This document shows positions 21,926-34,664 of a stretch of DNA of 64,000 nucleotides, one piece after another. The translations under genes and the position numbers were made by a program. The DNA is from Octopus bimaculoides (taxonomy: Eukaryota). How positions within the stretch are numbered: the stretch's first letter is position 1; each line of letters opens with the position of its first letter. Location: the NCBI RefSeq assembly GCF_001194135.2, contig NC_068999.1, forward strand, positions 45,975,811 through 46,039,810, written 5' to 3'. The notes under the pieces are model-generated. The model saw only the letters and a program-made list of their open reading frames with translations. It was not told where the DNA came from and did no database searches.

Positions 21926-24189
21926 TTACTAAAGTAGACATCGCACAGCATACAATATCGTAAGGTTATTGATTGAAGATGTGTCTACCGGAAAGGCGGT
22001 CAGCTGGCAGAAATGTTAACACGATGAGTGAATTGCTTAATGGTATTTTGTCTGTCTGTACATTTGGCGTTCAAATTCCAGCAAGGTCAACATTGCCTTT
22101 CATCCTTTCGGGGTGAATAATTTAAGCACCAGTTGAGCATGTCCCTTAGTGGTTGGCAATATGTGCATCTCTGATCATGAGCAGAAGTAGTGGGGGAGCA
22201 TCATAGCCATGTGTTGAGAGGAATTCTTTGGGGTTTGGATAGTTCACCTCTGGAAACATGAGTGTTTTGTGCAGCATCCTTAAACAATCCTTATTCAGGG
22301 ACCTTTTGAGCAGGATGGGCTACTCGACCTGAAGAAAATTCTAACTGGGATCCACCTGCAAGGTGATTAGTCAACTGAACAAAGAATTTAGATGTAATTG
22401 ACCAGAGGGAGGAAAATAAACAAATATTGAACCAGGATGGATTTGAACCCATGTAAATAAATCAAAACTGGTTGTCAAGTGTTGATGGTAAACAAGCACA
22501 CACACACATACACTACAGGGTTCTGTACAGTTTCCATCAACCAAATTCATTCACAAGGTGTTGGTCAGTCAGGGATAATAATAGAAGGCACTTGCCCACG
22601 GTCTGCGCAGTAGAGAATGCTTCAGTTGCAGTGGACTGGTGCTTTTTCATATCAAATAACGTGATTTATCTCCTATCTATTCAGTTATTCGACGAATGGT
22701 CTGATCACATCGTCTTCAGACATCCTCCTTCAGAGGCCACAGCACAGAGTTTTCGTCAACACACATCTACAACACTGTAGTTATATAACTCCAATTTCTA
22801 ACAGCCAGCTCTTATTAACTGTGTATAAATTTATGGATACATACATACATGCATACAGACGGTGTTTATATATAATCAGTGAACAAATATTTGAATGAAT
22901 GAACAGTCTTGAAGAGAAAAAAATATATGAATCCATGTATATGAATCACTGAAGCATCGTTGTCGATGCTGTCGCCGTTGTTCATCGCCAGTAAATGTAT
23001 TATGATTAAAAAAAAAAACAAATCCGAAGTTCTCTTAAAGCCATCTAAGATGAACACGTTTTCTGATTTGCCAATATCGATCCTATTTTGATAGCTTTCT
23101 ATGTGTGTTCATATTTATATCTCAATCTAAATCTCATTATGGCAAGAATGAATTATAACGAAATTACCCGTTGATCAACATCATCAGAAATATATCGATA
23201 TTTATGATACTTTACTAAACTATTTCAAAATCTTGATTATCTAGAAAATTAATTGAAGCACAACTATAAAATTTCTTCCAATCACTCAAAGAATATCAAA
23301 TTTTCCCCTGAATACTTTTTTAAAACGGAAGCTTCTGATTGGTTAAAATTACATAACTTTAAATAATTAGAATTTATTTTATTATTAATTTCTAGAAAAG
23401 AGAAAAAAATATGACTGTTATTTTCGTCATCAGTGTAAAAGATTTGAAATACTCCAAGTTGTTGGATTAAATATTTATTCATTCACTGCAGAGTGGGACA
23501 AGATTTAATAATTTTGATATATATATATATACAAAAAAAATTATTATAAAAAACAGTCTGTAAAAAATTTGTTTTATTTATTTACTAAATAAAAGCTATG
23601 CAAAATGAAAGTTTATTTAATTGCTTTAATTTATCTAATAAAAACGTCCCAGGTTTCTGCTTGTCTCAGTAAGATTTTTAAAAATATGTCTAAGGGAGAT
23701 AACTGGCAGGTTTTAAAAAACGAATTTTCGAAAAAAGCATCAAATTTTTAAGATTTATGCAATTTTAATTATAATCTACAAAAATACTAACAAATATTTG
23801 TTACAAACAAAACAAAGGAAATACTGGAAAGTTTATAAGCTTAAAGAAAACAATTTGATAAAAAGAATCACTATTTTTAGGCGGTCCAGGTAAGTTAAAT
23901 TATATTTTTTAATATTCGTTGGTGGAAACGTTTTATTCTGGTTTTTTAAAAAAGAATCCTTTTTACTCCCCTAAATTTATGAAGTGAAATAAACAATGGA
24001 AATGCTTTGCCTCACACAGACACAGCTGGAACTACTCAGTCTTGTAAGCTCTTCTAAATCCAGTGCAGTATTTGGAAACCCTCTCATATCGTCATTAGGT
24101 TATCTCAGGGTCACAACCATTTCGCCCCTTATCCTGTGCGCTTCGCGCCAGGAGAGTAACGAGGACTGAATTAGTCTTCGCCTGCAGAA

Positions 24190-24400
24190 AGGTTCCACCT
24201 TTGATCTCTTGACAACCACAGCCACATTGAGCTAGTTTCAGTTGTCATCCATATTTCCTTGGTGGCTTTCTTGAGTTGAGTACCAGAAAAAGCGCAACGA
24301 TTTAGCTGGAAAACTGTGGTGGCCAACTTCAATAGGGAAACAAGCCACGGGTCATCCCTTGACAAAGGCCTCATCAACCAAATATTTCACACGCTTAATG
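24190..24400 (-). mobile_element. Hero-type (restriction-like endonuclease) non-LTR retrotransposon, 3' fragment
   Basis: KRVKYLVDEAFVKG*PVACFPIEVGHHSFPAKSLRF, then frameshifted KKATKEIWMTTETSSMWLWLSRDQRW. Matches the P(V/I)EVG.RGF...A.E.AS.WLW C-terminus of Hero/NeSL-group ORFs. Confidence 0.75.
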
Positions 24401-25872
24401 TTGTTTGTCTGGGAGAAAAAAATCCTTTTTTACTCCTAAACTTATTAGAATTTCTGTAAACGAAAGAAATTGAAAAGGGAAAGTTGAACAAGAGAGTCTT
24501 GAAGGAAATTGATCTTTGCCATTGAATGGAATGTTGAAGTCAATCCCGAAATGTCATTTTTGTTGCCCATACTATATCAGAAAGAATAGTTAGCATGGGC
24601 AACAAAATTGACATTTTTTATTTTTATCAGAAGAGAACCGAGATGGTTCCAGCTGAATTCAGAATGGAAACACTTAAATATCTATCTAATCCTAGTTCAT
24701 TACACTCTATGCCGCTTCGAAATCCCAAATGTCTCCCTCGCTATCTTCCGAGGTAACGCCTTTTCCATTTTATCTGCCGGGACCATGAAACGCACTGACA
24801 AGCCTTTTTTAGATATTTTTTGTTACTTTCAGTTGACAGATGACATCACTGTTGTATTAAAACAATTTTAATTTGAAATAACTTCAATCAATATACTAAG
24901 GACGGCGAGTTGGAAGAATCGTTATTTAATTTTCATTTTAACAGAATGAAGAGAGATAGGAAAATAAGCCCAGTGTTGTTCAAATGTTTATAATGTTAAT
25001 CAAAACGTAGAGAGAGAGAGACAACCAAATTCTGACATAAGCATTGGTATTCGGTTAGACTGAATAGTTGTAATCATAAATCTATACGAGAGATATTCAA
25101 TGAACACAGGTGACTGCTACATTTTATAGAACTAGTCAACACCGTGTATATATATATATATATATATATATNNNNNNNNNNNNNNNNNNNNNNNNNNNNN
25201 NNNNNNNNNNNNNNNNNNNNNNNNNNNNNNNNNNNNNNNNNNNNNNNNNNNNNNNNNNNNNNNNNNNNNNNNNNNNNNNNNNNNNNNNNNNNNNNNNNNN
25301 NNNNNNNNNNNNNNNNNNNNNNNNNNNNNNNNNNNNNNNNNNNNNNNNNNNNNNNNNNNNNNNNNNNNNNNNNNNNNNNNNNNNNNNNNNNNNNNNNNNN
25401 NNNNNNNNNNNNNNNNNNNNNNNNNNNNNNNNNNNNNNNNNNNNNNNNNNNNNNNNNNNNNNNNNNNNNNNNNNNNNNNNNNNNNNNNNNNNNNNNNNNN
25501 NNNNNNNNNNNNNNNNNNNNNNNNNNNNNNNNNNNNNNNNNNNNNNNNNNNNNNNNNNNNNNNNNNNNNNNNNNNNNNNNNNNNNNNNNNNNNNNNNNNN
25601 NNNNNNNNNNNNNNNNNNNNNNNNNNNNNNNNNNNNNNNNNNNNNNNNNNNNNNNNNNNNNNNNNNNNNNNNNNNNNNNNNNNNNNNNNNNNNNNNNNNN
25701 NNNNNNNNNNNNNNNNNNNNNNNNNNNNNNNNNNNNNNNNNNNNNNNNNNNNNNNNNNNNNTTTTTTTTTTTTTAATCTGGTACTCATTCTGTCGGTCTC
25801 TTTTGCCGTACTGCTAAGTTACGGAGACGTAAAGAAACGAACACTGGCTATTAAGCGGTGGGCGCCCTCTTC

Positions 25873-25904
<32 letters not shown>

Positions 25905-27369
25905 CATGGGCTTTCACGAAATTTCGGTCTCCTAAAGTCACTGACAAAGCAATGGTCGGTCTGGGGCGATAGATAATCGCTCGCAGAACGTGCCGCGCAG
26001 TGGGACTGAACCAGAAGTCACGTGCCTAGAAAGCGGACTTCTGAACCACTCAGCTACACCTGTCCCTTGGTCTGATTTTCTTTTCTATCCCCTCATCCTT
26101 AGTATTGTTTTATTCTGCCCTGGTTCTATAGAAGTCCAACCATCTGTGATACTGAACTAACCTTTTTCCACTCTTAAATAATCTTCCTTTGTTCGTCTCA
26201 ATCCAATTTAATCTTTGAGGTAGAATTGAATGAAAAGACAAAGTGTGTGTGTGTGTGTGTGTGATGTAATAAAACGATTTATTGTAATTTACAAATACAA
26301 TAGCTAATCGCTTTTAGCAGGCATTAAGGAAAATGAATCTACCGGGTCAATGAGTCATGTTTTGTTTAATAAGACCTAAGATTTACATTCAGTATGAGGT
26401 CCCTAGTTTCTAACCTGACCCCACCACCTACTCCAGCAAACGAATAATTATTCTTTCTACTAAAGGCACAAGGCCAGAAAAATTTTATGAAGAGGAGTTA
26501 GTCAATTACATAGATAAATACTTGACTGGTATTTTAAGTTTATCAACCCCGAAAGAAAAAAAAGAGAAAGAAGATTTAGGCGGGATTTGAACTAAGAACG
26601 TAAAGAGCAGGAAGAAATATCTCTAAGCATTTTTGTTCGGCGCGGTAACGAGTTCTGCCAGCTCGCCGCCTTTAATAATCCTATCTGCTAAAGACACAAG
26701 GCCTGAAATTCTGGGGAAGGAAGCTAATCGACTCTAGTGCTCAGCTGCTACTTAATTTATTGACCCCGAAAGGACGAAAGGCAAAGTCGACCTCGACGGA
26801 ATTTGAACTCAAAGCGTTAAGATTATCGAAATGCTTCTAAACATTTTGTCCGTCATGCTAACGATTCTAACAATCGCCATCTTAAATTTTGGCACAAGGC
26901 CATCAGGTTGAAGGGTATGGGGTTATATCGACCCCAGTACTTGACTGGTACTTTAGAAAGAGAAAGCTGTCTTCGGTGCGATTTGAACTCAGAATTTAAA
27001 GAGAACGAGTATTTAACGCACAGTAAGGATTCTAGCAGCTCGTAACCTTTGTAATAATAACGATATTGATCCATGGTTACATAAAAGCAGAATTAGGCCT
27101 CAATGGGACACATGCTTTCCATGCAACCATCCACTCTTTAGTTTCCATCACACATACACACGAACACGACGGGCTTCTTTCAGTTTCCGTTAACCAAATC
27201 CACTCATAAAGCTTTGGTCAGCCCGAGGGTATAGTAGAAGACACTTGCCTAAGGTGCCACGCGGAACCATATGGCTGGAAAGAAAACTTCTTACCACACA
27301 ACCACACTTGCACACACAACGAGAGAAATATTGTTAATAATAATAATAATTATTATTATTTCTTCTCTA

Positions 27370-27575
27370 GGCACAAGGCCTTGAAAATTTTGGGGGAAGG
27401 GGGCTAGTCGATTATATCTACCCCCAGTGCGTAACTGGTGCTTAATTTATCGACCCCGAAAGGATGAAAGGCAAAGTCAACCTCGGCGGAATTTGGACTC
27501 AGGACGTAGCGGCAGACGAAATACCGCTAAGCATTTCGCCCGGCGTGCTAACGTTTCTGACAGCTCACCACCTTA
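27370..27575 (-). mobile_element. SINE family B (Nin/Deu-like core), well-preserved copy
   Basis: cgaccccgaaaggatgaaaggcaaagtcaacctcggcggaatttggactcag...gcatttcgcccggcgtgctaacg. Further copies at ~26690-26870 (-), 28145-28335 (-), 33995-34190 (+), 45325-45535 (+), 50985-51190 (+) and 62820-63025 (+). Confidence 0.85.
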
Positions 27576-28537
27576 CATAATAATAATAATAATAATAATG
27601 ATGATAATGATTTTTTAATATCAGCACAAGAAGAATAAAGAGTAAAGTTGATGGCAGAACGAAAGAGAAACGGAATGGATCTCATCTGACTCTCTCCCAC
27701 GTCGATAGCCGAAAGCCTTCTTTAAAAATTAATGATGACTTTTCCTTTTTTTAGCGAAAGCAGAAGGTCAAATATTCTAATGGCGGCGCATCATCGATTA
27801 TATTGAGTGATGTAAGAAGAAAGATGAAGTCAGCTTTCTGTAGGAGTTGAACTCGAAGGTACATGATTAAATATCGCAATGTATTTGGGTTTTTTTTTGT
27901 TTGTTTGTTTTTTGCCCGCTGTTTTCCGTCCACCGTCCTTAATAACTTTCTATAAGTACGGTAGTCTTCAATAAACGATTTGATGAATGTGTACTGAGAG
28001 ACGGAATTCGCCGATAAAAAGCTGCTAAGTTTGACGTTTTAAAAAAAAGTATAGATATTTAATTTCAAATGATACTTTTCGCGATTTTTGAGGAGACAGA
28101 GAACAAGCTTAAATATTAAGTAGTAGTAGTAGTAGTAGCTGATTTAGGTACAAGGTCAGCAGCTTTTAGGAAGAGTTAGTTCGATATTATCGACCCCAGT
28201 ACATGGCTGGCACCTTATTTTATCAATCCCGAAAGGGCGAAAGGCAGAAATTAACCTCGGCGGAATTTGAACTCACAATGTAAAGAGCCGGAGCAGATAC
28301 AGCAAGGCATTTTTGCCCGAGGCTCTAACGATTCGACCAAATCGGCGACCGACGATTGGATATTATTGAGGAAGCCAATGAATAAAGAAATGGCGATGGT
28401 GTTAAACAAATATATGAGACTTGAAGGAAGGCGCTCCGTCTAAGAGCAACCAAATACCCTCTCGGATACAAAATTATCCTGGCTACCAAGTGGAAGTTCC
28501 TTGTGTATAGGAACATGCTGGAAATACGTTCGTTCCC

Positions 28538-28828
28538 TTGAACCATGATCAGAATTCCCAGCAACCTTTCAACAAATTTACCCCCATCGTTGCCATCAAG
28601 GGGAACTTAAGAAATGTCGATAAGGGCTTAGCCGAAGAGGAAATTGTCTGTCCCCTGTCAGTGGTTTTAATCGTGTCTATCAGCTCTTTTGGAAAAGACA
28701 TCAGACAGATGAAACCTGCATGTCTGCCTCGATTAAAGGAAGGCAGCCGATTGCTGAATACGTTATATCCGCGATACAAACAGCTCGACAATGCTTGTAC
28801 CACGCTGAATGGGGCGCGGAGGGCATGA
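28538..28828 (+). mobile_element. Possible decayed LINE ORF1 fragment
   Basis: IKGNLRNVDKGLAEEEI resembles the KGVI..V..D.SEEEI motif of I/Jockey-group ORF1 proteins; no intact zinc knuckle. Confidence 0.25.
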
Positions 28829-30320
28829 GTACCAGCTAAGTAAGTACGAGCAGGACATGAGAGTGCCAGCTAAATGAGTACATGCTCTGCTCTGCTCTGC
28901 TCCCATCTGAGACAAGCCCGGCTCGCGGTACTACTGAGTCACGGTACTATTGAGTCTATCTATCACAAACCAACCATGCCCATTGTTAACATTGCTAGGC
29001 CAGGGATTTCTTGAAGTTACTCTTAGTTTTCGGAACAGACAAACCAGTTGATCCTTGGTCAGCACCCAGAGATTCCCCTGAGAACATCGTTGCTGTTTCC
29101 TCCCATTAAACCCACAGAAATGTTAACATGGAATCTCCTCCGGCCACATCGCCCGACTGGTAGAAGGCTGAGAGCTCTGAACGCCTGATAACATTTCAAG
29201 TGTATTAATTAATTAACATGAATATTTTCTTTAATTATAATATAGATTGTTTTGACCTTGGATATCATATTTCTAACTTTGTAATAACCTATTTTTGTTG
29301 TTGTTGTTTTTGTTTCTTTGCCCCAAGACATATTTTAGAAAAGTATAAAATGGTTAAGTTGTGACGTTCATGCATTTCCAAATAGTATTAGTGAATTAGC
29401 GTCAAACAAACGAAACCAGACGGCACTGATTTCGCCTGAAGCTAAGGTGAATGATTTTAATCGACTTAACAGCTTTCGTTTCAATTTTTTAAAGAATTTT
29501 GACATAATCGATTGAATCGTTCTATTGGGTCATATTTTATCGATCTCAGAACACGAAACTGTTTAGTCAAAAGTCCTTGTGTGGGTATGTGTGGTGGTGT
29601 GTGTGTACGTGTGTGTCTTTATATTGCAGGCTTTTAGTATTATGTCGTGTAGTATGTAAAGGGTAAAAGCTGGCTGTTGAACAGGGGAGATAACTCCAAA
29701 TGATTGCGAAATTTGCTAACTGAGCGACTTGAATAGATTTATATGAGTTACTGAAATTTCTAAATTGTATTCAATAAAAATATTCTTAATCTTAAAAGAA
29801 TATTCGAAAATGAGTTACTATAAAAAATAAAATTATCGCAATAACACTAACAACAATAAAATTAAATAGTCATAATAAATTTTAATTTATCTCAATGTTA
29901 GACATTACAAAGATTTCACTCTCAAGGTCACATTTCGTCTCCGGATTGTCCAAAAGTTCAAACAGGACATTTAACCAGGTCAGCGAGCAACTAGAACAGC
30001 ACTCAGCAGTTTTAGGGTGCTGCCACTACCTACAGTTGTCAGTGGTTCCTATTCTGCAGGGATGGGCCTAATTATTTGAGGGTTTAAGTCGTACATTCAA
30101 CTATCAACGTACTACCAATGACAGCTCTGTGTGTTTTGCGAAAGAAAGAGAGAGATCACCATTATTATCATTTTACATCCAATTTCCCTGGTGGTATGGA
30201 TTGGACGGATATATATATATAAATATACATATTCGTGTATGTCCTATCATACATACACAATACGTATGTATCTAATTATTGTATCCCAACAATTATATAT
30301 ATATATATTTATATATATAC

Positions 30321-30555
30321 ATCGGAGTGAGCACAGAAATGTGAAACAAGGTGGAAAGAAGAGTACTCAAATATCAGAGGTAGAGTAATATGATTTAAAA
30401 GCAGAAAATATAACAAAAGCTGTTACTCAGAGTTTCACGTTTCCGCTCGTCGGACAGGTTTTGTTCTATTTTAACAAAACCTGTCCGATGAACGGGAACG
30501 TGAGACTCTGAGTAACAGCTTTTTCTTATATTTTCTACTGCTTTTAAATAAAGTG
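30321..30555 (+). mobile_element. Palindromic foldback element, copy 1
   Basis: Hairpin arms 30395-30465 and 30473-30547 with a 7-nt loop. The left flank cggagtgagcacagaaatgtg... is homologous to the reverse complement of 59921-60030. Confidence 0.85.
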
Positions 30556-31389
30556 TATGTATGTATATGTGTATATATATATATATATATACATATATAT
30601 ACACACACATATATACACACACGTCTACTTATGTAACTTAATGGCGACCCTTTATCCATGTGTGTGCGCACGCATGCAAAATCATGCAACAGATGTGAAG
30701 TCACTCATCTACCCAACCACATAGTAACGAGTTCAAATCTCCCTTATGCATAAATATATATATATATGTATATATTTATGTACACACAGACTAATGTACC
30801 TCATGTCACATATAGGTAGTTACACACCCACACGCATATTTTCTTGTGTGTGTATAACAGGGATAAAAGGTATTAACAGTAAGACTCAATACTAGAATGC
30901 AGAGTCTATAATATTTAAATTAATAGTCGGGTGTATTTTCTAACATTAATACATATATATACACCATTGAGTGTTTCGTCTCATTCGGAAAAATCTTAAA
31001 ATAATCCGTTATACAAAAGTAACAAAAGTTGAAGATTTAGCAACAAATGCCGATCTATCTCTCTATGTAATCATTTAACGTCCGCTTTCCATGCTAGTAT
31101 GGGCTAGATGGTCGTGGCGGTCCGAGTTCGTTCTTTTTTTGGGGAGCGGTAGCTCCCAAAGACTGATGCTCGCATGTGCTATTTGAATCAGTTTCTACAA
31201 CTGGGTGCCGTTACAACCGTCAACCACTCTACAGAGTATTCTGGGTGCATTTTCTTGTGGCACCAACGCCAGAGTGGTTGACTAGACCTCTGCACGACAG
31301 CATTAAAAACACCTCACAATTTTACACTTTCTTCTTAGAATTTGCCAACCTCGTTACATTATGAGCTGGGTTCATTTTGTTATATAACA

Positions 31390-31431
<42 letters not shown>

Positions 31432-32092
31432 NNNNNNNNNNNNNNNNNNNNNGGGGGGGGGGGTAGCAAGTGCATGTTCACAATTTGGCTGTACCACTAA
31501 ATATATCTTGGTATTTCCCGAACAAAATGTTAAGTTTTTAATTCACCGACAGGAAAGCTTTTTTTTTCCATGATATAATCAGTTTATTCCTCAAGAAAAA
31601 CGCATCTGAAATATCTGTAGTGAACATTAATTCATTTGCATTCTTTATCTATCTATCTATCTATCTATATATCTATCTATTTATCTCTCTCTTTCTATAT
31701 ATATATGAATGTATAATGCGCGTACGTATTTCCGAGCATACACTCGTTCGTCTTTATTATTATTATTATCAATCATTTATTAGTTTGAGAAAAACTTGTT
31801 AGCAATCGTCCTATCTGGCATCGAGTCTACTTAACTCTATTTTAACAGATTAGAGAAATTAACGCTGGAAATTGAAATATCTGTTGTTAATTGCTGATAG
31901 AGTACAGACTATTCACTACTGGTAAAACAATTGCGTTAAGTTCTTTTTTTCTTGTTTAATTATATAAGCCGATATCTTCAATTTATATCACCTTCGTATT
32001 TTAGTTCCCTTAAAATAGTTAATTTGTCGCTAATCTTTAATCCACTTCCAGGTATTTAAATCATAATAAAATTGTTAAAACAGGGATTATTT

Positions 32093-32126
<34 letters not shown>

Positions 32127-34632
32127 CATCTGTCATTACGATAGAACATCTGTCGTCACGACAGAAAAGGTAAATATGATTAAAAGGTAGAATAAAAAAT
32201 AATATTTTTCTTATCTGCCACACNNNNNNNNNNNNNNNNNNNNNNNNNNNNNNNNNNNNNNNNNNNNNNNNNNNNNNNNNNNNNNNNNNNNNNNNNNNNN
32301 NNNNNNNNNNNNNNNNNNNNNNNNNNNNNNNNNNNNNNNNNNNNNNNNNNNNNNNNNNNNNNNNNNNNNNNNNNNNNNNNNNNNNNNNNNNNNNNNNNNN
32401 NNNNNNNNNNNNNNNNNNNNNNNNNNNNNNAGGGGGGGGGTCAGTCGATGGCATCTAATTCTTGTTTTATCGACCTTGGAGGCGTGAAAGACAAGGTCGA
32501 CTTGACAGGGATATGAACTCACAGGGAAACCACGATTAAACTGCTTCTATTAAAATCATTAAGTCCGATGAAGCAGCGTCGTCTTTTCAATAACGTCAGA
32601 TCATTTATACTCAACTGTACAACACATTTAAAACAATGTCACTTGAGGTCCTCTAAGACTTTTATTTATTCAAATAAGCTTGTAAACCTATTCAGATTTA
32701 ATGAAATCAATGTGTTATTTATAACCTAAGTCAGTACTGATCGAGCAGGCAGTTAAAGGCCTGCCAACCGTGACTGTCTCTTCTTTTTAAGAGTTATTTG
32801 TTTGGGATAGTCAAGAGTGATTTTAGGGCGAATCGGCTGCGATTTCTAGCAGATTGAGTCATCATGTAGCGGTTCTTCTGTTAAATCGGTTAGTTAAGAC
32901 TGACACATCTCTCCCTCAAGTATTTTCTTCACTCAATAAAGACTTCTAGTTGGTCCGTATATAGCATTCATGGGAACACTGCGGCGCACCTACTGCTGAG
33001 CCATGCCTCATGCGGACCGCTTCTCGAAAAAGGTTGCCCACCCATGAGATAGATAGATAGATATTGGCTAAGAAAATGGAATGGCAAATCCAAAATCGCA
33101 GTCTTCAGCAAACGCAATAATGTTAGATAATTCAAATGGTTGTCCTTCAGGCCCTCTCGAAATTCACCTCAAAAGGTCAAGAATTTTGATCTGTCACAGT
33201 ACCTCGCGAACGAAAAATTTTAAATAGAAGCTAGCTGACAAAAAGTTCAGTCAATTACGTTTCGATCAAAATTTATAAAATATTCAAATGTGGAAAAAAA
33301 AAAAAAGGACAAAACAAAATTATAATAAAAGATCGATGTTTAGACGAAGATAAAGAACTCTATCGACCCTTCGAGTGAGAATTAAAGCCCGTCTTAAACT
33401 GGTTTTACAAGGTTTTTTCCTTCTCTCTCTTTACATAAGCAACTAACAATTGTTTAAATAGTTATTCTGCAACACAATTAACATTTTAATGCATTTATAT
33501 TTTATAATTATCATTAACTTAATTATTGCTTCTGGTTATTCTAAAGCTTTAAAAATGACCATTATGTTCTTCCAGAACCTATTATTCTGCATTAAAAACA
33601 AACACAACAACCTTATTTTACCTATTTTCTCACCTTTTTACTCTGATAAACAGCAATTTTAACAGATAGACACACGCGTGCAGCGAGTGGGTTTTCTTTT
33701 GATAAACCGATAATGGGCAAGTAGGGTGGAGGGACTTTCTTAAGCGGTCCCCTTTGGGCTTTAATGTAACAATCAACTAAACGATTGCGCTAAAACAGTG
33801 GACCGTTATATAAGAAACCGAAATCATAAACAATATATATCGTATTTACTCGTGCTATAAGTCGCACCCCATTTTTTCCCCCAGTTAAGATCAAGTATAA
33901 TATAGAGCGACTGATACACGAGGATCTACATATGATTCTTAAATACCACAATCCATTATATATATATATATATATTGGTGTTATTATGAAAGTGTCAAGG
34001 TGGCGAGCTATCAGAGTAGCTAGCACGCCGCTATTTTACGTTTTGAGTTCAAATGCCGCCGAGTTCGACTTTGCCATTCATCGTCTCGAAATCGATGAAA
34101 TAAAGTATCAGCTAAGCATTGAGGTTGATGTAATCGACTAGACCCCTCCCCCGCCAAACTACAGGTCTTGTGCCTGTAGTAGAAAGGACTATTAAAGCCT
34201 TATTAACCGAAATGCTATCTATCGATTAGAAATTGGTTTCAGAAGTTCGAATTGCTAAAATAAATCGTGGTGTCGAGGAATGACCTTTCCAGTGCAGTGA
34301 CCCAAGTTGTAAAACAAACTAGGACAACGAACTCGCAGCGATGTTCTTTTACAATAAGATAAGATAGAAAAAAATAATAAAAAAGAAAAAAATGTGCCGA
34401 TCAACAGAATTAAGAAGGATACCAAGAGATGACATTTAACGAAAACATGTTATATTATACATCTTTTTTTGTCCTTTAGATGAAATGAAAAAAAACAAAC
34501 TATTAGGTGGAAGGGTGGAGGGACGGAAAGATAAATAATTTAAGATAAGATAAAAAGAAATAATATATGTGGGGTGGGGGGAATTAAGAAAAGGAAAAAA
34601 GACAAGACAGTATTAGGTAATGTTTGAAATAA

Positions 34633-34664
<32 letters not shown>

